33,922 bases of DNA from Candidatus Bathyarchaeota archaeon (GTDB taxonomy: Archaea > Thermoproteota > Bathyarchaeia > Bathyarchaeales > Bathycorpusculaceae): positions 1 to 33,922 of the forward strand of contig CAVZKL010000006.1 in assembly GCA_963775895.1 (NCBI GenBank). Direction: 5' to 3'. Below are positions 27,441 through 33,922 of this stretch, in pieces. The notes beneath the pieces were generated by a model that had not been told where the DNA came from, did not search any database, and saw only the letters and a list, made by a program, of their open reading frames with translations. The translations under genes and the position numbers were made by a program. The stretch's first letter is position 1. Each line of letters opens with the position of its first letter.

Positions 27441-28397
27441 TTACTTCAGCTTAACTATTTTTCCTGTTGCTGAGGATTTTAAGGCTGCTTCAGCTATTCT
27501 CAGTGCTCTCATGCCGTCTAACCCTGTGATGAGAGGCTTCTCTTTTTCAAGGACACAGTTTGCGAAGTGGCGAAGTTCCAGCTTTAGTGGTTCTACTGAC
27601 GCGTATCTCGGCTGAACGGTTTCTTTCACGTTTTCAATCTTGAGTTCCTGTGTAATGTAGTCCAAACTCATTATAGCATCCGTGCCAGTGGCTACGAGAG
27701 TTCTGGTTTTGTACGGTGTCAACCAGTTGGATTCGATGAAGGCGGTCTTTCCACGCTCGAAGGTAAGCAGAATTTGTGCGTAGTCCTCAAACCTCTTGTG
27801 CCGTATGGACCCAGTCTTTGCGTAAACGGCCACGGGGTCTTCATTGAAGAGGTACAACATCGCGTCGATGTCATGTATTGCGGTGTCTTTGACCACTCCC
27901 ACATCGCCAATTCTCTCTGGCCACTGCGAGACTCTCTTCGCCGCAGCACAGACGAGTTGCCCGATCGTCTTGTCTTCGACCCCTGCCCTTATTTGCTGAA
28001 GCCCCGGGATGAAACGCATGAGGAAGCCGACGGTCAAGTGGATTCTATTCTTTTTGGCTGCTTCAAGCAGTCTCTCGGCTTGTTTGACGTTTGCAGCCAT
28101 CGGTTTTTCTACGAGAACGTGTTTTCCAGCTCTTGCGGCTTCGGTGGCTACCTTCGCCAAGCTTGTTGACCAAGTGCAGACGCTGACTATTTGTATGTCT
28201 TTGTCTTGAAGCATCTTTCGAAGGCTCGAGTAGGGCTTGGCACCGTACTGTCCAGCCACCGCTTTAGCTCTTTCCGCATCTATGTCGTGAACGGCTAGAA
28301 GACTTGTTTCTTCAAGTTCGTTGTAGACTCTGGCGTGGTTCTTACCCCAGAAGCCTGTTCCGACAACTGCTGCACCTAGCTTTTTCATTTCGTCCAC
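27441..28397 (-). CDS. Gfo/Idh/MocA oxidoreductase (UDP-hexosamine 3-dehydrogenase-like)
   Basis: VVGTGFWGKNHAR, HVLVEKP, DVGVVKDTAIHDID, SNWLTPYK, EPLKLEL. Confidence 0.88.
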   Translation of the reverse strand: MDEMKKLGAAVVGTGFWGKNHARVYNELEETSLLAVHDIDAERAKAVAGQYGAKPYSSLRKMLQDKDIQIVSVCTWSTSLAKVATEAARAGKHVLVEKPMAANVKQAERLLEAAKKNRIHLTVGFLMRFIPGLQQIRAGVEDKTIGQLVCAAAKRVSQWPERIGDVGVVKDTAIHDIDAMLYLFNEDPVAVYAKTGSIRHKRFEDYAQILLTFERGKTAFIESNWLTPYKTRTLVATGTDAIMSLDYITQELKIENVKETVQPRYASVEPLKLELRHFANCVLEKEKPLITGLDGMRALRIAEAALKSSATGKIVKLK

Positions 28398-29776
28398 ACT
28401 CCTCTTCCAAGTCCACGATATATGAAACCTTCCTTTTCTACCCTTTCAGGTTCCATTATCCCTTCAAAGTCAACTATTGCACCTGGCTTCTTCATAGCTA
28501 TCTTCAGTTTGCCGAGTCCGAGTCGGCTGAACTGGTCGTGTCCCGTTATTATGACTATGCAGTCTGCACCTTCGATGGTTTCTGTGAGATTTTTCTTCAA
28601 ATTGGGCAGAAAATCTGATAGTTCATTCTCCGAAAAGTAAGGATCGTAAACGCTGATTCTCGCACCTCTATTCGTTAGTGATTGAGCGAGGTCTTTCGCT
28701 ATTCTTTTGGGATGGTCTTTCATATTAGGCGTCTGCGAGACTCCGAGTAGGGAAACGCGAGCTCTCCTGACACTCTTCCCGCAACTTCTCAGGGCGTCTT
28801 TGACCAAGTTGGCCAAGTGCTTCACTATCTGCTCGTTTATTTCTCTCGCAGCCGAAGAAACTCGCATTTTCACGTTTAGGTTTTCGGCGTCAGCCAACAA
28901 AAGGTATGGTTCCTCCCTCACATTTGTTCCAGAAAGTGCTCCTGAATAGGAAGAACCGATCGCGTCCGCCTTCAGCAATCGGGAAACTTCAAGATAATCC
29001 GTTCCCATTTTCTCACACAAGAATGCTAGTTCGTTTGCAAGGGCAAGGTTGACGTCGCCTTTTTGAACCCCAAAGAGAACCGCCATTTCCGCGGCCTTTA
29101 CATTTTCTGTCTTGATCAAGCCGCTCTTGGTCAGAGGTTCCAACACCGCAACAGAAAGGTTCAGGCTGGTCTTGTCAGTTGCAGCCACGAGGCGTCCCAA
29201 TTCTGAAGCTGAAGTTAAAGGACTGTAGGCCAGACCGAAGTTCGTGCCAAGTTTGAAGCCAGAAGCATTTTCGAGTGCTTCTTTCACTACGCCTTCCGTG
29301 ATGCCTATCCCAGTAGGCTTCATGATTAGTACCAACGCTCCAAGCCGAAGACTTGAACCGATTCGTTTACACATGCTTTCGATGTTTGAATAATCAACTT
29401 TCTTCTTGGAGTCAATCTTTGGGGGAATAGTTACGGCTATTACGTCACTTGAAGCGACCGCTTTCTTAAGGTCATTTAGCGCTGCGATACGACCCGCTTT
29501 GACGCTGCTCTTTAACCTTAACTCGATTTCGCTTCCTGATGAGGAGGCTTTTCCCCTGGCAATGTTGTTGACGACGGTTTGGTCCGAATCATAACATACC
29601 ACTTTGAAACCTGAGTCGGCGAACAGGACTGCCTGAAGAATGCCGTCGTGTCCGCAACCTACTACGCAAGCGGTGTACCTTCCGCGTTTTTCGGCGGTGT
29701 TGATGTCTTCCGGTTTCACGTTTATTAAGGGCTGCGACGTTTCAAGCTCCCCCGTTAAACTCTGCTCCAGAATCAA
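28385..29776 (-). CDS. UDP-glucose/UDP-ManNAc dehydrogenase family protein with a degenerate active site
   Basis: Rossmann start VVGCG, FGLAYSP, DVNLALANELA and a C-domain with YDPY and VIITGHDQF; catalytic motifs replaced. Confidence 0.85.
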   Translation of the reverse strand: MILEQSLTGELETSQPLINVKPEDINTAEKRGRYTACVVGCGHDGILQAVLFADSGFKVVCYDSDQTVVNNIARGKASSSGSEIELRLKSSVKAGRIAALNDLKKAVASSDVIAVTIPPKIDSKKKVDYSNIESMCKRIGSSLRLGALVLIMKPTGIGITEGVVKEALENASGFKLGTNFGLAYSPLTSASELGRLVAATDKTSLNLSVAVLEPLTKSGLIKTENVKAAEMAVLFGVQKGDVNLALANELAFLCEKMGTDYLEVSRLLKADAIGSSYSGALSGTNVREEPYLLLADAENLNVKMRVSSAAREINEQIVKHLANLVKDALRSCGKSVRRARVSLLGVSQTPNMKDHPKRIAKDLAQSLTNRGARISVYDPYFSENELSDFLPNLKKNLTETIEGADCIVIITGHDQFSRLGLGKLKIAMKKPGAIVDFEGIMEPERVEKEGFIYRGLGRGVWTK

Positions 29777-31149
29777 TGGTTCAGATTGGCGATTATTGCC
29801 TGAAGCTTCTTCGTATATTCTGCAACGAGTTTCTTGGCTTTTTCTTCACTTTTGGCTTCCGCGTATAACCGGTAGATTGGTTCGGTTCCGCTTGGTCTGA
29901 TCAGAATGGATCGGTTGTCCCCAAACCAGATTTTGGCCCCGTCTATCGTGTTGACGTTTAATCCTTTGAGCTCCTTAATGAGAGCTTTCATGACGCTTTC
30001 CTTGAGTTCTTCCTTGCAGTCGACTTTTGTTTTTTCGAGGAAGTACTCTGGCAATTCTTCGATGAGGGCGGAGAGTTTCTTCCCGGTCTTTTCCATTATC
30101 TGCAATATCAAAGCGGTCGACATTGCTCCATCTCTTACAGGCTGATGCGGGCCATAGAAGATGCCGCCGTTCTCTTCTCCACCGAGGTTGGCTTTCAGTT
30201 TCTTCATCGTCTGTGCAACCGTTACGCTTCCAACCTTGGTCCAGACGATTTTTCCCTTGTACGCGTCAGCCACGTCTTTAACCAGAGTTGATGAGCTAAC
30301 GGGTGTGACTATCTGTTCGTTCGGGTGTTCTTTCAGAAAGTACTTTTCCACAAGTGCAAAGCTCTTGTCGCCCATGTGGATCTGTCCTTTTTCGTCCACG
30401 AAAATTGATCTGTCAGCATCTCCGTCGTAAGCAACGCCCAAATCCGCGTTGACAGCTTGCACGGTCAGTGCTAGATCTCTGAGGTTCTCAGGCCGTGGCT
30501 CAGGAAGCCTTCCAGGAAAAGTTCCGTCTATGTTGGCATTTATCGTTGTGACTCTACATCCTAATTCGCGAAGCAGTCTCGGTGCGGTGAGCGCGCCTAC
30601 GCTGTTCGCCGGGTCAACGACCACATGGTAGTTCTTTTTGGATATTTTCTTGACGTCAACGTGTGTTTTTATGGCGTTGACGTATTCGTCGATTATTCCG
30701 GGTAGGTCGTGCAGTTCTCCGAGCTCATTCCATTTCGCGAAGCTTGTCTTCTCTTCACGATAGATTTCTTCAATTTGGATTTCTTGCTTGCGTGATATTT
30801 CGACTCCGTCTTTCCATAGCACCTTTATGCCGTTGTACTCTGGAGGGTTGTGTGAAGCGGTGATTATGACTCCGCCATCCGCCTTGTGGCATTTCACTGC
30901 GTATTGGAGGGCTGGCGTAGGAGTCATTCCTGCGAGCAACACGGTGCATCCTGTGGCGTTCAGCCCTGAGATGACGGCTCTTGCAAGCATGGGCCCGCTT
31001 GTTCGCGCGTCGTAGCCAACGATGATCTTGCCCTTTTCAAAGAATGTGCCAATTGCAAACCCCACTTTCACAGCCATTTCCGGGGTCAAATCCTTATTGG
31101 CGAGTCCTCTGATGCCGTTCGTTCCAAACAATCTTCCTTCATTCGACAT
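29773..31149 (-). CDS. glmM: Phosphoglucosamine mutase / phosphomannomutase
   Basis: LFGTNGIRG, TASHNPP (phospho-Ser), DGDADR, GGEENGG, RPSGTEP. Confidence 0.92.
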   Translation of the reverse strand: MSNEGRLFGTNGIRGLANKDLTPEMAVKVGFAIGTFFEKGKIIVGYDARTSGPMLARAVISGLNATGCTVLLAGMTPTPALQYAVKCHKADGGVIITASHNPPEYNGIKVLWKDGVEISRKQEIQIEEIYREEKTSFAKWNELGELHDLPGIIDEYVNAIKTHVDVKKISKKNYHVVVDPANSVGALTAPRLLRELGCRVTTINANIDGTFPGRLPEPRPENLRDLALTVQAVNADLGVAYDGDADRSIFVDEKGQIHMGDKSFALVEKYFLKEHPNEQIVTPVSSSTLVKDVADAYKGKIVWTKVGSVTVAQTMKKLKANLGGEENGGIFYGPHQPVRDGAMSTALILQIMEKTGKKLSALIEELPEYFLEKTKVDCKEELKESVMKALIKELKGLNVNTIDGAKIWFGDNRSILIRPSGTEPIYRLYAEAKSEEKAKKLVAEYTKKLQAIIANLNH

Positions 31150-31166
31150 TCTCTAACCTCGCACAA

Positions 31167-32236
31167 TCATTGTGAACTGCGTGTGATTTGATCCGCGGGA
31201 CAGACAAAGGTCCTAGGCGCGAGTGTAACTCCATCGTTGATTCTCGCGTGGTCCCCGATCATGCAACCTTTTTTGACTTTCACCTCTTTCCCAATATACA
31301 CGCCTTCGCCCACTATCGTGCTGTCAATCATGGCGGAGTCAGAAACTTCCGCAGCAGTCCAGAAAATTGAATTGCAGATGCGGACATCGTTTCCCACCGT
31401 CACGCGGGGCCCGAGAATCGTGTAGGGCCCGATTACTGAACCTTTGCCAATCGACACGTCTTTGCCGAAAGCAACAGGTCTCTTGATTTCGACGTTGCCT
31501 CTGCTCTTGTACTCTGCTTTGATATTGGCACGATCAAGCATCACTTCGTTAAGTTCAAGATAGTCTTCGGGCTTGCCTATGTCCATCCATAAACCGTTAT
31601 GAACGTAACCGTACAGTTCATTTTGTTCCGCCAGCTTTGGAAAAACCTCACGCTCGATTGATACAGGGCGTCCTTCAGGAATGTAGCCGAAGACTTTGGG
31701 GCTCAGTACATAAACGCCAGCGTTGATCAAGTTGGCCGGAGCTTCTCCGTGGGAAGGTTTCTCAACGAACCCTATTATCTGGTCGTCCTTTGACAGACTG
31801 GCGACTCCGTACCTGGTTGGGTCTGAAACTTCATGAAGAGCTATAGTTGCCATGCATCCTTTCTGTTCATGCCGCTTCACGATTTCTGAATAGTTCACGT
31901 CGGCGAATACGTCTCCGTTCAAGACCAAGAAAGACGAACTATGTCCGATTCTTTTTTGGCCCTCTTGATGGAGCCCGCGGTGCCTAATGGTCTGCTGAGT
32001 GGGTCGTGGGAATAGGTCACGTGTATTCCGGATCTTGGAATCCTGTGTTGTCTTATGTGCACTTCAGTTTGATAGAAAACCGCAAGGATAACGTCCTGTA
32101 TGTTGTTTTGTGAGAGTCTTTCAAACGTCCACTGCAGAAGCGGTTTGTTGAGTATCGGGAAAAGTATCTTTGGGCGTGTGCAGCTCAGAGGCCGCAACCT
32201 TGTTCCGAAGCCGCCTGCGAGAACCACTGCTATCAA
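31167..32236 (-). CDS. Sugar-1-phosphate nucleotidyltransferase (mannose-1-P guanylyltransferase-like); one frameshift at 31952-31957
   Basis: TTG 32236; LAGGFGTRLRPL..RPK and PLGTAG, then LVLNGD, GFVEKP, INAGVY, WMDIGKP and hexapeptide repeats. One extra A in the A6 run joins the frames (about 356 aa). Confidence 0.9.
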
Positions 32237-32312
32237 ATGTTCTCCACCAAACCAAATTGCAGACTTATATTCGGTAGGCTCGTAATTAAACCATTTTGTA
32301 GGAGGCATCTCG

Positions 32313-33071
32313 TTGAAAGTGTTACTCCATGAAATGAGTTGGCAAGAAGCCAAAGCCTATTTCGGAAAGAACGACATTGCAATCGTTCCTGTGGGCTCTA
32401 ACGAGCAGCACGGACCAGCCAACCCCCTCGGAACAGACCATTTGATCGCCAAAGAATTCGCTCAGCAAGCCGCCAAACGCACGGGCGTCGTCTGCTTGCA
32501 AGTCATTCCGTTTGGCGTCAGTCCACATCATAAGCAGTTCTGGGGAACGATATCAATACAGCCAAAAGCTTTCAAGAAGTATGTGAAAGAAGTCTGCCTT
32601 TCATTGAAGTACTATGGCGTGCACAAGATTCTCGTGGTCAACGGGCACGGTGGAAACCTAGCAGCCTTGAGAGAAATTGCAAGAGAAATGAGAAAACAAA
32701 ACGTCTTTATCTCGATCTTTGAATGGTGGCCCGCCGCGGAAAATCTTCTTCCAGACATATTTAGTCCCGACGAAAGACGCCACGCCGGCGCCGAAGAAAC
32801 CTCAGTGAACCTGGCATTACATTCAAACTTGGTGAACCGTGACAAAATCAGAAACGAGAAACCGTACACGCACGCTCTGGAGATGAGCGGTATAACGCTC
32901 CCGCTCGACACCGTTGACGAAACATCCAGTGGAGTCTTCGGTAAGCAGACAGCCGCCTCGGCCAAAAAGGGCAAAGAGGTCTTTGAAGTTGTCTTGAACG
33001 CACTTGTCAAACACATCGAATTGTTGAAGAAGACCAGAATGGAAGACTTGTCGTTGAAACCAAAAATCTGA
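32313..33071 (+). CDS. Creatininase-family amidohydrolase
   Basis: PVGSNEQHG...GTD, VNGHGGN and HAGAEETS; GGAGG SD before TTG. Confidence 0.92.
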   Translation: MKVLLHEMSWQEAKAYFGKNDIAIVPVGSNEQHGPANPLGTDHLIAKEFAQQAAKRTGVVCLQVIPFGVSPHHKQFWGTISIQPKAFKKYVKEVCLSLKYYGVHKILVVNGHGGNLAALREIAREMRKQNVFISIFEWWPAAENLLPDIFSPDERRHAGAEETSVNLALHSNLVNRDKIRNEKPYTHALEMSGITLPLDTVDETSSGVFGKQTAASAKKGKEVFEVVLNALVKHIELLKKTRMEDLSLKPKI

Positions 33072-33306
33072 GACCGAAAGTTTCCAAGCTTTCGTCAGAA
33101 TACTCTTCTTTTGGTTCCTCAGCGCCTGGCAACGGCGAGGTACTCTCAATACATATGCCCTCGAGGCTTTTTCACAGCTAGAGTGTCAGATGTATCACAC
33201 AATCGATCTACGATGCAGACACACGTACTCTGTTGCCCTCTTCTGCAGCGAATGTTAAATATTTAAGCTATCAATTGGACAATTGCGTAGCGGTTGTGAA
33301 AGAAAG

Positions 33307-33750
33307 ATGCGTTTGGACGAGACAGATCTCAAGATATTGAAAGTATTGTTAGTTGACTCGCGGCTTTCCTCAAGGCAGATAGCCAAAAAGTGCGGAATCT
33401 CCATCGGGACGGTGCTCTCGCGTGTTAAGAAGTTGGAAGAGGAAGGAATCATCAAAGGCTACACGGCCTTACTGGACCAAGAAAAGCTCGGGTACGAATT
33501 GACGGTTGTAACGGAAATAACCGTTTCAAAGGGAAGACTCCTGGAAATGGAAAACGAAATTGCCCAAATACCTAACGTGTGTTGCGTCTACGACTTAACG
33601 GGTTTGTCTGACGCCGCCATAATAGCAAAGTTCAAAAACCGAGAAGACTTGAGCAGATTCACGAAGAAAATGTTATCACTGCCATACGTTGAACGAACGA
33701 ACACGCACGTCGTTCTGACAACAATCAAGGAAGATTTTCGAATAGTCTAA
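33307..33750 (+). CDS. Lrp/AsnC family transcriptional regulator
   Basis: LDETDLKIL..DSR.S..QIAK...IS..TV..RVKKLEEEGII.GY HTH followed by a RAM domain; ATG 33307. Confidence 0.93.
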   Translation: MRLDETDLKILKVLLVDSRLSSRQIAKKCGISIGTVLSRVKKLEEEGIIKGYTALLDQEKLGYELTVVTEITVSKGRLLEMENEIAQIPNVCCVYDLTGLSDAAIIAKFKNREDLSRFTKKMLSLPYVERTNTHVVLTTIKEDFRIV

Positions 33751-33843
33751 AGCAGACGACAGAATCATATCTTCTCTTCAAGAAAGCGTGGATAAGATTT
33801 AATTCATACATTGGGTTAGGAGATAGAACGACCAACTGCGGCC

Positions 33844-33922
33844 GCGGGGGTTGCCAAGCTTGGTCAAAGGCGTAGGCCTGAGGCGCCTATCCTGTAGAGG
33901 TTCGTGGGTTCAAATCCCACCC
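33844..33922 (+). tRNA. tRNA-Leu(GAG), 3' end cut off by the window edge
   Basis: GCGGGGG acceptor, D arm GCCAAGCTTGGTCAAAGGC, anticodon arm TAGGC-CTGAGGC-GCCTA, long variable arm, T arm GTGGG-TTCAAAT-CCCAC; no intron. Confidence 0.96.

Noticed and set aside
33072-33250. Structured RNA between the creatininase and Lrp genes
   Set aside because: Only short imperfect stems (GACCGAAAG/CTTTCGTC; GTGTC/GACAC), no more than expected from a terminator plus chance.
1-33922. CRISPR array, transposon, integrase/att site at tRNA-Leu, or defence system
   Set aside because: No regularly spaced repeats, transposase, integrase or nuclease-effector genes were seen; sequence downstream of the tRNA is outside the window.

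Overview
Archaeal genomic window with about 48% GC, TATA/BRE promoters and frequent TTG/GTG starts. Gene content and style best fit a TACK lineage, probably Bathyarchaeia (inference, not a database result). Left, minus strand: rpl10e-ppsA-dph2-METTL5-csl4-rpoL-DUF99-tfs, plus a divergent dCTP-deaminase-like gene and a Zn-finger-GNAT fusion. Centre, minus strand, about 11.7 kb: a group 3c [NiFe]-hydrogenase/heterodisulfide reductase operon, hdrA(N)-hdrA(C)-mvhD(long)-hdrA(fused, 1012 aa)-mvhD-hdrC-hdrB-mvhG-mvhA-hycI. It carries the same two-FAD HdrA architecture twice, once split and once fused. One MvhD has an extra HTH-like tail, and a perfect palindrome covers the predicted transcription start. 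Upstream is an ADP-forming acyl-CoA ligase-GNAT fusion. Right: an interrupted membrane-anchored surface glycoprotein, a small Cys-rich protein, rpoP, a Trm5-family methyltransferase, Trm112, a nucleotide-sugar operon with a catalytically degenerate UDP-sugar dehydrogenase, a creatininase-family hydrolase, an Lrp/AsnC regulator and a truncated tRNA-Leu(GAG). Seven single-base frameshifts suggest an error-prone assembly. No mobile element, CRISPR array or defence system was seen.
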